Made by a program: the position numbers and the translations under genes. Shown in pieces: positions 50,001 to 61,754 of a stretch of 64,000 nt of DNA (its first letter is position 1; each line of letters starts with the position of its first letter). The notes under the pieces were generated by a model. The model was not told the DNA's origin. It worked only from the letters and a program-made list of their open reading frames with translations, and did not search any database. Origin of the DNA: Sphaerodactylus townsendi (Eukaryota); NCBI RefSeq assembly GCF_021028975.2, contig NC_059425.1:19778001-19842000 (forward strand). The letters run 5' to 3'.

Positions 50001-51864
50001 AAAGGTCTCTGCCGATACCGTCTACCTGAGATCCTTTAACTGGAAATGGTGGGAATAGAACCTGGGACCTTCCACATGCTGTGAACATTCCATGCCATTG
50101 AGCCTCAGCCCCTCCCCCCCTTGAAAGTGACCCCCCACTAGGCTGTAATGTCTGTTTTCCTTTCAGAATCTTTTTGTTGTTCCTGGAGAGGGAGAACAAC
50201 CTCCGATTCCATACACACACGTCAATCACAACAAGTACATGGTGACTGACCGCCTGGCCTACATTGGTACATACCTCTCTGATTAGGGTTTGCCAGCTCT
50301 GGGCTGGGAATACCTGGAGATTTTGAGGGTGGAGCCTGTGGAGGGTGAGGTTTGGGAAGGGGAGGGACTTCAATGGGGTATAATGGCATAGAGGCTATTT
50401 CCCAAAGGAGCCATTTACTCCAGTTGACCTGATTGCCCTGGGTCAGGAATGATAGCCCCCTGAGTGGAATGACTACTCCTGGGAGAAAACAGAAGTGTTC
50501 TGGGACTGGAATGACAGCCCCTGTGATTGAAATCAGGGTTCTGCCCTGATAATCGCAAGCCTTCGAGTGGAATGAAATACCTTACACCAATTTCAATTGA
50601 AGGAGCCATCATTCCACCCTTGTGTCTGTCATTCCAGGCCCAAAACACTTCTCTTACTCCCAGGGGTTCTCATTCCGCTCTGGGATTTGGCATGTTCTGT
50701 CCATGCTGGTAAAGGTCAAGAAGTCAGGTATCTCTGTCTATACCTTTGATAGCAGAAAGCTGACAGCTGAGAAGGCTTGGTACTACTTGGTGAAGCTTCA
50801 GGTTTTGTACACAAACCAGGGGCCCAGTTATCCTCTCTCGTCCAGGGCCTACAGAAACCTGGAAGAGGCTCTGCAAGGCAACATTACAGAATCCTTCTTG
50901 ACAGATTTATTTTCACAAAAGCCCTTTGAGCTGAGAGACTGGGTAAAACATTTTTAAAACAGTTTCAAAATAGTTCTCTTTTTGCCATCTCACTGCCAAC
51001 TGCTAGTGGTCCGTGTTCGCTGTGGTAGGCTCATTTACTCTTTTGAGTGCCTTTTACAAATAATTTCTTGTTCACAAATATACAGGGGGAGGCAGTGGAA
51101 TTAAGCAGGCCAGCAAGCAGTTATTCGTGCAACATCAACCCAGCCTGTCAGTACCTCCCAATGCCACTTTCTGGATGACTTCCTGTGCTCTTGATCCTAC
51201 AGGAAGCTCTTAATTCTGTGCGGGTTATGTTTGATAGTAAATGAGTAGTAAGCTGCAGTATTGCAGCAAAATCTCTGTTCCTAACCTGAGTTGGATCTCA
51301 ACAGGGGTGGGTATCAGGCAGGCGACTCAAGGCTGACTCCGCCTTCCATCCTTCTGAGGTCGGTAAAACCCGTTTGCCGGAGGTAGTGTAGACAGCTGGA
51401 AAAGGCAGCGGTGAACTACCTATAAATAAAGTTTGCCTACCAGGGGTCTGCAACCTGCAGCTCTCCAGATGTTCATGGTCTACAAATCCCATCGGCCATG
51501 CTGGCAGGGGCTGATGGGAATTGTAGTCCATGAACATCTGGAGAGCTGCAGGTTGCAGACCCTGGGCCCTAGTAAATGTTGCAATGTGACATCACCCCAC
51601 AGGTCAGCGATGAACCAGTGCTTGCCTTTGCCTTTAATGCGTGCATATCTTTTTGACCCTCCAGGTACCTCCAACTGGTCTGAAGATTATTTTACCCAGA
51701 CTGCAGGGGTGGGGTTGATCGTCAACCAGAGCGACCATGACAGTATTACGGCAGGCCAGGAATTCACCCTGCGCCGCCAGCTGGAGCAAGTGTTCCTCCG
51801 GGACTGGGATTCCTCCCACGTTGTGCCACTCGACAGTCATAGAAGTTGCACTAGGAGAAATTAG
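32038..51864 (+). CDS. PLD7: PLD3/PLD4-like type II membrane phospholipase D-family 5' exonuclease, probably PLD7, about 707 aa
   Basis: Confident exons: 39960-40144 (TM: [24 protein letters not shown]), 41688-41871 (LVLVESIP...[12 protein letters not shown]), 43209-43323, 45086-45213 (HTKFWVVD...[10 protein letters not shown]), 45314-45514, 47318-47457 (SSPP), 48115-48280 ([10 protein letters not shown]), 50167-50266 (HNKYMVTD), 51665-51864 ([10 protein letters not shown]). Tentative N-terminal exons: 32038-32241, 34372-34449, 36019-36130, 38441-38751. All are GT-AG and the phases close to 2124 nt. The family call is firm; the paralog name comes from synteny. Confidence 0.88.
32905..33385. 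mobile_element. Non-autonomous hAT element
   Basis: Inverted relative of 3039-3529; TSD GTTTAGAT. Confidence 0.85.
35355..36130 (+). pseudogene. Decayed PLD coding exon split by a hAT-like insertion (35605-35996)
   Basis: One frame runs from the acceptor at 35354/35355 to the donor at 36130/36131 once the insertion and one TSD (GCCTATGA/GCCTCTGA) are removed: 376 nt, phase 0 to 1. In-frame TGA at 35403 and 35556. Confidence 0.6.
36158..36376. mobile_element. Representative of an abundant MITE-like family with (A)GGGTTGCCA termini
   Basis: GTTGCCAGCTCC...TGGCAACCC. Related copies near 19700-19905, 19990-20190, 33890-34125, 36830-37035, 42010-42490, 44690-44890, 50284-50430 and 54473-54990. 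Confidence 0.65.
36551..36825 (-). mobile_element. Squam3-like SINE
   Basis: Reverse-complement family copy. Confidence 0.72.
37668..37835. mobile_element. hAT/Charlie-like MITE (CAGTGGTTCTCAACC family)
   Basis: TIRs present. Copies at 41411-41596, 53846-54031 (TSD GTTTACAG), 57986-58118 and 63499-63610; the last two are cut by an LTR. Confidence 0.8.
41082..41381 (+). mobile_element. Squam3-like SINE
   Basis: Full-length family copy with a (TTC)n tail. Confidence 0.78.
42119..42264. mobile_element. Fully palindromic hAT MITE, about 146 bp
   Basis: Near-perfect hairpin, TSD CCATAGAG. Copy at 54545-54690 (TSD GGCTAGGG); relative at 51441-51564. Confidence 0.85.
42317..42457. mobile_element. 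Harbinger-like MITE
   Basis: GGCTCATTCCGCAC...GTGCGGAAGGGGCC inverted ends; related nested copies at 47540-47826. Confidence 0.6.
43758..44065 (-). mobile_element. CR1 LINE 3' end
   Basis: TAAGAACATAAGA tail and CTGCTGGATCAGACC...CCATCTAGTCCAGC; older related pieces at 46520-47145. Confidence 0.75.
45737..46036 (+). mobile_element. Squam3-like SINE
   Basis: Full-length family copy. Confidence 0.78.
48490..48664 (+). mobile_element. 5S-Sauria-like SINE
   Basis: 5S-like GGAAGTTAAGCAGG...TAGTACTTGGATGGGA followed by the GGCAATGGCAAACCAC tail. Confidence 0.6.
51300..51636 (+). mobile_element. Sauria SINE fragment interrupted by a palindromic MITE
   Basis: GGCTGACTCCGCCTTCCATCCTTCTGAGGTCGGTAAAA core; (GCCTTT)n tail. 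Confidence 0.65.
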
Positions 51865-54352
51865 GACAGCAGATGGCCCTGCCCTGAACACCCCTGCTAT
51901 GGGCTTCCCAAAAGCATCTGATTGGCTGCTGCTGGAAGCAGGATACTGGACTAGGTGGACTTTTGACCTGAGCCTGCAGAACTCTCGTGATGTTCTCAAG
52001 CAGCCACCAATCGGCAAATCCTCAAGGAACAGATTGGGCATCTCACAAGGGGCGCCTGAAAGAACAGCTGTGGCCAGCATAGCCACAGGATGTGGAATGC
52101 TTGTGTGGGGGGGGGGGGATGCAAATAGTTCCTGTCAGCAACCATGTGGACTCTGGGCAGTAAAAGGGTGGGATATGTGTGTGCTGCAAACCATGTAGCA
52201 AAAAGGGAATTAATGTACAGGGAAGATTTTTTTTAAACTACAGTATTTCTTTTTTTTTAATTTGCCAGCCCAAATTTGCCAGGTTTTGGTTGTGGATTTT
52301 GAAGCACTGCTGGGGAAAGGAGGCAGCTGATGCTACTCTTGGCTTGAATCCAAGCTCTGTTGGCCTTGGGTGTTAATAAAGTGTTGGGTAGCTCTTTTGG
52401 GGGGGCTGGGGGGGAGGAAGCTGGGACTCAGCAGGTGTCTTTTGGGAAATAGTGGAGAGGGATGCATAATAGGTATGTATATAATAGGGATACATAATAT
52501 TTGTGGTCTATTCTAGACAGTTTCTGGAGATGGGAGAACTGTATGAAAGTTCTTTTAAAAACACAAGTATTTATGTTGGTACAGAAGAATTCTGTACATA
52601 GGTGCAGTAATAGGTGCATAAATGTTCAAAAATGGCAAAGGACTCTGCAAGCTTGGGAGTCTGTCAGAAGTTTCCCTCAAGCTGGATGTTGAAACAATAA
52701 CACAAATAATAAAAACTTGGGGGATAGGGGAGAGAGACAGTGTCCACTGGATGTCTCTTTCTGCAGTCTTCAGATAGAATGGAAGAGGTTGTTTGCAGAA
52801 TTAAACAAAGTGCTTGATAGGAAAAGGTCACAGGCTGCAGAAAGGATAATGGGAGAGAAGCCAGTGCTCACTGATCCCAGCATACCTTGCTACACCTAAA
52901 TATCTTTTTGAACCCCTCACTGATGAAGTCTGCAAACTGCCCCCCCCCCCCCACCATTCCAGCTATTGCAACTGCCGAGTGGACATTTGCCATACTTAGC
53001 AACATCCTCTCCCATCTACTTAAAAAAGAGATTCGATGGCTTATAAAAACTTTGCATGCCATAGTTTTTTGCTGATTCTAATACAGGTGCTGTTTTGTTA
53101 TACCTTTGTGGAAAAATGAATGCAACGCCATCTAGATCTAGACGAGCTATTCTGAGGAACCTGCTTTTCTTTCCTGTACCTGTTTATTTTGACCACCTGA
53201 GAATACCTGAGCGGGAACACAACTCCTCCCAAGAATTTTGCAGGTGGATCCCGCTAGGGTTGGGGAAGGGGTTAACTTTGTGTTTGCCTTTTTGAAAGAT
53301 GCTTTTATTTAGGGGCATGAGGGGAGCTTGTTTGGGGAAGGGGAATGCATTTCTGTTTGTGTTCAGCAGTGCAGTTGTGTGTCGGTCTGTCTTTGCTCTT
53401 ATAAAGCACATGTGTGTTTCGTTAGTACCAGGAAAGCATAACTTCAGGCTTCAATAGCTTCTTCCCACCCTCATCTTTGTCTATGAAGTCTTAGCTACAG
53501 TCCCCTAATCATTATATATCTGCAACCCATTCTGTATACTATTTGAAAACTCTACAAATTGCAGACTTGTGCCATTTTCCCAATAACCTGAAAATATTTT
53601 TCCCCTTCCCACCATCAGCCTTTAACAATGTTTTGCCTCCAACTACCCAGCCTGATGAATAATCCTGGAGAACGAAAAACTTTGCTCACTGTTTTTGTGG
53701 TGTTTGGGACACACACACGTCTTCCACAGATAACATAGAACAGTGAGCAAAGTTTTGAGTTCTCCAGGATTATTCATCAGGCTTGGGAGCAGATCTAGGA
53801 ATTGTTCTCTGGGTCAGTATAGTTCTCTATAACCCTTGTTTACAGCAGTAGTTCTCAACCTCTGGGTCACAACCCCTTTGGGGGTCGAACGACCCTTTCA
53901 CAGGGGTCGCCTAAGACTCTTTGCATCAGTGTTCTACATCTGTAAAATGGATAAATGTTAGGGTTGGGGGTCACCACAACATGAGGAGCTGTATTAAAGG
54001 GTCGCGGCGTTAGGAAGGTTGAGAACCACTGGTTTACAGGTATGGACTGACTGAGAAGAGGGACTGTATTATAATGTTGTCCTTGTGATATTCTGTATTG
54101 TAATATCCAGGGGCCTGTCAGTGATGACTGCCCAAAAATCCCTTGCCATTGTGGTCTTTCCAATTAGCCTACCTTTTTACTCAGGGATTTTTGTTTTTAG
54201 TTAAGCAACTGTGTGTCTTTTATCCACACGCGCTTTAAGCAACAGGCAAGAGAGCACCCCTCTGCTGAGTCTGTGAAAGGGAAGCTGTGGGATGAGGGAA
54301 TTGGGGGGTTTGCTTTCTATTGCAGAATTTATATTTTTATATGATCGTTTTT

Positions 54353-54358
54353 AATAAA
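54353..54358 (+). terminator. Candidate distal polyadenylation signal of the PLD gene (proximal candidate at 52375-52380)
   Basis: AATAAA with U-rich upstream and GT-rich downstream sequence. Confidence 0.5.
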
Positions 54359-56059
54359 ATGTTTGAATGATGTTGACACGTACGCAGCGCTTTTGTTCTT
54401 TGTGATATACACATGGCATGAATGAATGCCCTCCATCACTCGGCAGATTAAAAAAGGGGCATTTGTGCAATTAGGGTTGCTGACTCTGGGTTGGGAAACT
54501 CCGAGTGATTTGGGGATGGAGCCGGGGGAGGGCAGGGGCTAGGGCCGTGGTGGTGAACCTTTGGCACTCCAGATGTTATGGACTACAATTCCCATCAGCC
54601 CCTGCCATCATGGCCAATTGGCCATGCCAGCAGGGGCTGATGGGAATTGTAGTCCATAACATCTGGAGTGCCAAAGGTTCGCCACCACTGGGCTAGGGCC
54701 TTAACAAGGCATAATGCCATAATGTCCACCCTCCAAAACAGCCATGTTCTTCAGAGGAACTCATCTCTGTCTTTTAGAGACCAGTTACAACTCCAGATGG
54801 GCAGACCCAGTGGTGGGATTCAGCAAGTTCGCACCACTTCGGCAGAACCGGTTGTTAAAATGGTGCTTGTAAACAACCAGTTGTTAAATTATTTGAATCC
54901 TACCACCAGAACTGGTGGTTAAATGATTTGAATCCCACCACTGGGCAGACCCACCCCCCCCCACCCCCCCGGAAAGGTGGCACAACCTTATTTAATTTGG
55001 CTGATTTAGTTTTATTTTAATTGATTTTTTATTTAGTTTGGATGATTTCCTCCCCACCTCCACTGGGATGGGGGGGGGGGATTGAGGTGTCCTATACACT
55101 CCTCCCACTTTGGGGGGGGATGGTTGGGGTGGAAGTATTAAGAGTCTAGAATGTTTTATGGTTTTAGGATTGGTTTTATAGAGGTTACTGTTGTATAGGA
55201 TTTTATTATGCCTTTTATTGTAACCTGTCCTAAGACTGTCATGAAGGGCAGGGAATAAATCTAAAATTATTCTATGTAGTGTTTTAATTGTTTGTAAGCT
55301 GCCCCAAGCCTGGCCAAGGTCAGGGTTGGAGGGTGTATAAATATAATAAATTAAAACACCCTTTGTCTGTTTTCAAGGCCACTTTACCATTTAATTTGTT
55401 TTGCTAGTTAATGCATCTGTACTCCAGCCTTTCTCCCACTGAATACCCAATGCTGCTTACAACATCAATTTTGCCTGAACAACCACCCTGTGAAGTAGAT
55501 CAGTCTGAAAGTGTGTGACTGGCCCAAGGACACCCAGTAAGCTTCCATGGCAGAGTGGGGATCCGAACCTATCATTGTCAGGCCCTCTAACCACTATACC
55601 CACTACCCTTCACGTGCCCCCCCCCCTTCACACTGTTGGAAGGCTGTTCGCTTAGAGCCCTATGCTGTGTTCAGTTTGCAACAGCCCATTCCTCCGCTGA
55701 CTTGAACATCACGAAGGGAGCGATTCGTAAATTTACTAGAAAACCATGATTTGCCCATCCAGAGATTAAATTTTTAAATTAAACTAGAGTTCTCTGGGCA
55801 GGGAACTAAACGCAACAGCAAAAGTGATCAATTCCACCCAGAGACAGGAATCAGAAAATGCTGGATAAACGCTGCTAACTTTTTTTCCAAAGGACCTGAA
55901 AATCACGCCCCCTCCCCCTCTTAAAATCCCACCTCTGCCCAGATGGTTTTTGGATTCGTTGACAATCCTGTAACAGATACCGCTGTGCTTACCATAGTGA
56001 ATATTTATTTCTATAGAGCACTCCCCATTACCTTTTCCCGACCACTACCACACGCTCTC

Positions 56060-56250
56060 TCTAACCATCGACAGCGCGTGCGCATGCAGACAACTGCAAT
56101 TGGTCGGCGCGTGTTTCTTCAAAGAACCGTAGGGTTCTTATGGGCCGCTTAGCAGCCAATCGGTAAGCAGCTGGTATGCAACAGCCTGTCTCTAGTGTCT
56201 GAGCGTTCCTTCCGGTCTAGAAAGAAAAGAGGGGGAAAGAGACGAAGAGG
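56060..56250 (+). promoter_or_regulatory. POLR2G housekeeping-type promoter (copy 1; copy 2 at about 61565-61754)
   Basis: NRF1-like GCGCGTGCGCATGC at 56074-56087, ATTGG/CCAAT pair at about 56099 and 56156, ETS-like CTTCCGG at 56209-56215. Confidence 0.7.
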
Positions 56251-56262
56251 ATGTTTTACCAC
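56251..56262 (+). CDS. POLR2G: RNA polymerase II subunit RPB7, first coding exon (MFYH), copy 1
   Basis: ATGTTTTACCAC|GTGAGT gives MFYH plus a consensus donor. RPB7 begins MFYHISLEHE, and POLR2G neighbours ZBTB3 in human. Confidence 0.75.
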
Positions 56263-56711
56263 GTGAGTAATGTAAAGGCGTGGGGGTTGCCTGTGGTTTC
56301 CCACCCGCTTCTCCTCATTTTAATTCTGCTACGGATGGGGACGGGGTAATGGTGGGCAAAATTAGGGAGCAGATTTGTTCTTCCTCTGGCATTACTCTGG
56401 GGATGTGTGTAGGGCATGCGAAAAACAACCGGTGAAAAACGGGAGGCTTATCTAATTTGCCAGATGATGTGGCTACTAACTTAGACGGCTTCATAGTGGG
56501 AAAGAGTGTAATCGTCAGCGGTTCCTAAAAGGGAAAAACCTCCATGTCTAGGAGCAGGATATCTCTATCAGATACTGGAGAGATGCAGAAGAGAAGGCTT
56601 TGGCTTTGGCGCCCTCCTTGTGTATGCCCACAGCCATTATTTGTTGGAACACAAATCTGATCCCGCAGGCTTTGCATAGCTTCCTAGACAGCCCCAGAGC
56701 CAGTAATTTGA

Positions 56712-57000
56712 GAGCCAGCGTGGTGTAGTGGTTAAGAGCAGGTGGATTCTAATCTGGAGAATTGGGTTTGATTCCCCACTCCTCCACCTGAGTGGAGGTG
56801 AACCAGATATATTTCCCCGCTCCTATACATTCCTGCTGGGTGACCTTGGGCTAGTCACAGTTCTTCAGAACTCTCTCAGCCCCACCTACCTCACCAGGTG
56901 TCTGTTGTGGGGAGAGGAAAGGAAGGGAGTTTGTAGGCCACTTTGAGTCTCCTTACAGGAGAGAAAGGTGGGGTATAAATCCAAACTCTTCTTTTTCTTC
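56712..57000 (+). mobile_element. Squam3-like SINE (duplicate at 62232-62530)
   Basis: Family copy. Confidence 0.75.
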
Positions 57001-58118
57001 TTTAGACTCTTGCAACTTGGTCCTATGCGAACAAGCCCTGGCTCAGCAGCTTAGCATGCAGAATATTCTCTCATTAGAAGGATCAGGTAGCAGGTGTAGA
57101 GAGACGCCTTTGCACGAGACCCTGGAAAGCTACTACTGGTTTGAGCAGACAATACTGACCTAGCATAAAGCAGCTTCATATGCATCCATACTGCATTCAG
57201 CAGGTCTGACTCTTGTGTGATTATGTGCATAGAGTTGGATCTCTAGATAATGAACTTTTGTGTAATTTTTCTCTGCTTGTGCAGTCCCCCAGAAAAAGAG
57301 AATCTAGGACTTGGCTTTTGTGGGTTTGCTGGGCTGTGTGGCCGTGGTCTGGTAGTTTTTGCTCCTAATATTTCACTGGCATCTATGGCAGGCATCTTCA
57401 GAAAGAAGATGGAGAGAACCACATCTTATCATGTCATGCCTCTGGTGATGCCAGCCATAGATGTAGGTGAAATGTTAGAAGCAAAAATCACCAGACCACG
57501 GCTGCACAACCCAGAAAACAAAACAGCCAGTTGATTCTGGCCATAAAAGCCTTCCAACAGTACAATCTAGGACTTGAATTGGATCAATTTCTTGCAGCCA
57601 AAAGGTCAAAGGTACACTTTTAATGCCCCGTTAGTTTTCAAGGGTGCTTAGTTCCAGGTGAGAAACTTTCTGTCCAGCATTTTGCTGTTTTTGCAAAACT
57701 TCTGGAGGGGCCCAGTAGAGAAGTCACTTTATGTAATGTAGGGGCCAAACCATCTACAATACAATCCCTAAGTCCCATAGAGTTACACTCGTCTAATGGG
57801 ATTGAAGTTGATGGGCTTAGAAGGGTATAACTCTTTTTAGGGTTGCTGTTTTGGTATCTTAAAGGTCAACAAAACTGTGACTGGCCCCTGAGTGTTAATC
57901 AGAAGCTAGTGCAGCCATCTTGAAAAAGGGTGAAGAAGTTTATGATTTATGTGGAACAACTGGAGCTTCCAAACACCTTTTAGAGCAGTGGTTCTCCAAC
58001 CTGGGGGGTCGAGCGACCCTTTCGCGGGAATTGAAACGCCCTGGAAGACCTCTCTCTGCATCAGGTGTTCTCCATCTGTAAGAAATGGACTAAATGTTAG
58101 GGGTTGGGGAGTCACCAC

Positions 58119-60148
58119 CGTAGTAATGCACTGCTATTGACCCCAGCAGCACCGTGAGTAGAAACGTTGGGACGCGTAACAGCGGACCTATCTACGGCCT
58201 TGCTGGTCGCAGCACCAAGCACCCCCCACTCCCTCAGTCCCCCCCTATGAGTCCGCGGGTCATGAACTGTCTGGCTCAGTCACATCGAGCGCAGGGACAA
58301 TGGTCTTGCCCCCAGGTGAGGATTAGGCTTCCAGGCAGCTGCACGCTCCTTCCTCGCGCCGTAGCCAGGTGAGGATCATGCATCACATGATGATCTCCAG
58401 GTCTCCCGGTCTCCAGCTCATCACTCCCTACCCACCTCCTTTGCTGCATACAATGAAACCCTAATAAAAAAGGGTGCCAGAGACCAGCACAGGGCAGGAG
58501 TTGTCAGGATCCACGCGAAATCCTCACAGCTTCCTGTTAAGCTGGCGGCTCCACCAGATGAAACCTCCCTCCAGCTGGTCTCCCCGCCTATTCTTAGCGA
58601 GCGAGCCCTGCGGGGATGACGCTACAAGCTGGTGCCGAAACCGGGGAATCCCTCGAATCCTCCACCCTGCTCACCGTGCGCACTGGGAAAGGGCAGCGAT
58701 AACCCGTAGAGATCCGGCTGGGATCTGAGCGCGATCCAGGGACCACCCGTTCCCGTATATCGCCTGTCCCTCTGGATCGGCGCGATCCAGAGACCGCAGC
58801 GATCCTAAGGACACTCTCGTCCGACGGAACACCCTGGTGGAGTATGGGGAGCTTGCAAAAGCAGGGCCTTATGACAAGCATCGCGTTGGCGAACTGAAAG
58901 CGTTAGCGAAATGCGGCAGGGGTCCCCGTAAAGAGAAGGGGAGCTCGGGCAAAATTGGTTGAGGAAGATTGAAGACTCAGTGTCCATGGTACCCAGAGGG
59001 GGGGACGGTGAATCTTAAGGAACTGGGAAAACATCGGGCGCATCTCCTTTCGCTGCACAGAGTCTGTAGCGCCCGATGTACCAAGCTGCACTACTGGCCG
59101 TGGAGACAATGTTTTGTAGCCATCAGCCTGCTACAGACCTATGGCTCCCTTTGGGCTGTAGGTCAGCCTCTCCTTCGGACATCTTTCACCTTCAATTTCA
59201 ACCCGAGAATTTTCTCTATCCACTAAAAATTTGGGCCATCTGTCTCCTTCTGCACCTTATGCTGCCTTCTTCACCCATTCTCAAACTCCTCCAGCGGCTC
59301 CAGCAGCGCCGCCTCTACTGCTCCGCCTTCATATTTTCCGAAGCCACTGGGCACCTCCGGTCGAAGCCATGCGTAATGCGGCGGGTTTCTAAAACTTCTG
59401 GAAGCTGTATTAGCCACGATCTGCAAAGGAAAAGCAGAAACCCTGACCGAGAAGGCGATGCCGATATTCTACGCGTATTGTGCCCCGGTCCATTTCACAG
59501 TGAGAGGATACCGGAGGGGAGGGACATAGGCGTTGTTATTTGCGGGTTCGAGTTCTAGGCACCGCCCACTTAAGCTTATGGCAACATCCTCCTCACTGGA
59601 GCTCCGCCGCCAAAAGCGATGCCGGGACGTGGAGTCACCAGCCCCTATGTGAGAGGAGCATGCTGCTAGAGGCGGTCGCCGAGGGAATCACTTAATGGTT
59701 CCGGACTCGACTGGAAGACCACCTTCCAGCATGCTCCCTGAGCCCTGCACCAATTTGTGATCTGGGAGAGCTGAAGTTCCATGCCTAGCAATGCTTTAGC
59801 AGGGCAGGCGCCTCAGCGGCGCCTACACTACGCCACGCTACAGCTTTAACACGGCCCGATGCGCTTCAGTAACCCCAACAATCAGATTGTCCTGCCGGGT
59901 GCTTCACCCGCACACGGTTGCAGATAAGCCTCTGAATGCATGCACAGGCGCTTTTTTGAAAGTCCCCAATACCCGGACAGCCAGCCCAAAGTTTTCTAGC
60001 ACCTCGGCCAGAAGCCACTCAAAAGAGCCCTATGCTGAGTTTTGTGAACAGGCTCCAGGAGGCCCCTCAAGAGGCAGGTTGACAACGAGGAGGCCCAGGA
60101 AGCCGAACTCAGCAAGCGCCTTGCCAAGGAGAGCAGCCTCCGCTGAGT
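58119..60148 (+). mobile_element. Betaretrovirus-like (class II) ERV: 5' LTR, tRNA-Phe PBS and frameshifted gag
   Basis: LTR 58119-58626 (cGTAG...CTACA, AATAAA at about 58463). PBS TGGTGCCGAAACCgGGGA at 58630-58647. Gag starts MGS at 58844; matrix motif CPWYPEGGTVNLK at about 58981; capsid MHR-like KEPYAEF(VNRLQEA) at about 60022. Confidence 0.85.
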
Positions 60149-61754
60149 TAGTCCATAACATCTGGAGTGCCAAAGGTTCGCCACCACTGGGCTAGGGCCT
60201 TAACAAGGCATAATGCCATAATGTCCACCCTCCAAAACAGCCATGTTCTTCAGAGGAACTCATCTCTGTCTTTTAGAGACCAGTTACAACTCCAGATGGG
60301 CAGACCCAGTGAAATTCAGATTCAGCAAGAAGTTAGCACCACTTAGTAAGAACAGTTTGTTAAAATGGTGCTTGTAAACAACCAGTTCTTCCCCAAAGAT
60401 GTTGAATCCTACCACCAGAACTGAGGTAGTTAAATGGTCTGGAATCCCACCACTGGGCAGACGAATACCCCCACGGAAAGGTGGCACAACCTTATTTAAT
60501 TTGGCTGATTTAGTTTTATTTTAATTGATTTTTTATTTAGTTTGGATGATTTCCTCCCCACCTCCACTGGGATGGGGGGGGGGGATTGAGGTGTCCTATA
60601 CACTCCTCCCACTTTGGGGGGGGGTGGTTGGGGGGGAAGTATTAAGAGTCTAGAATGTTTTATGGTTTTAGGATTGGTTTTATAGAGGTTACTGTTGTAT
60701 AGGATTTTATTATGCCTTTTATTGTAACCTGTCCTAAGACTGTCATGAAGGGCAGGGAATAAATCTAAAATTATTCTATGTAGTGTTTTAATTGTTTGTA
60801 AGCTGCCCCAAGCCTGGCCAAGGTCAGGGTTGGAGGGTGTATAAATATAATAAATTAAAACACCCTTTGTCTGTTTTCAAGGCCACTTTACCATTTAATT
60901 TGTTTTGCTAGTTAATGCATCTGTACTCCAGCCTTTCTCCCACTGAATACCCAATGCTGCTTACAACATCAATTTTGCCTGAACAACCACCCTGTGAAGT
61001 AGATCAGTCTGAAAGTGTGTGACTGGCCCAAGGACACCCAGTAAGCTTCCATGCCAGAGTGGGGATCCAGACCTATCATTTGTCAGACCCCTCTAACCAC
61101 TATGCCACTACCCTTCACGTGCCCCCCCCCCTTCACACTTTTGGAAGGCTGTTCGCTTAGAGCCCTATGCTGTGTTCAGTTTGCAACAGCCCATTCCTCC
61201 CCTGACTTGAACATCACGAAGGGAGCGATTCGTAAATTTACTAGAAAACCATGATTTGCCCATCCAGAGATTAAATTTTTAAATTAAACTAGAGTTCTCT
61301 GGGCAGGGAACTAAACGCAACAGCAAAAGTGATCAATTCCACCCAGAGACAGGAATCAGAAAATGCTGGATAAACGCTGCTAACTTTTTTTCCAAAGGAC
61401 CTGAAAATCACGCCCCCTCCCCCTCTTAAAATCCCACCTCTGCCCAGATGGTTTTTGGATTCGTTGACAATCCTGTAACAGATACCGCTGTGCTTACCAT
61501 AGTGAATATTTATTTCTATAGAGCACTCCCCATTACCTTTTCCCGACCACTACCACACGCTCTCTCTAACCATCGACAGCGCGTGCGCATGCAGACAACT
61601 GCAATTGGTCGGCGCGTGTTTCTTCAAAGAACCGTAGGGTTCTTATGGGCCAACAGCAGCCAATCGGTAAGCAGCTGGTATGCAACAGCCTGTCTCTAGT
61701 GTCTGAGCGTTCCTTCCGGTCTAGAAAGAAAAGAGGGGGAAAGAGACGAAGAGG

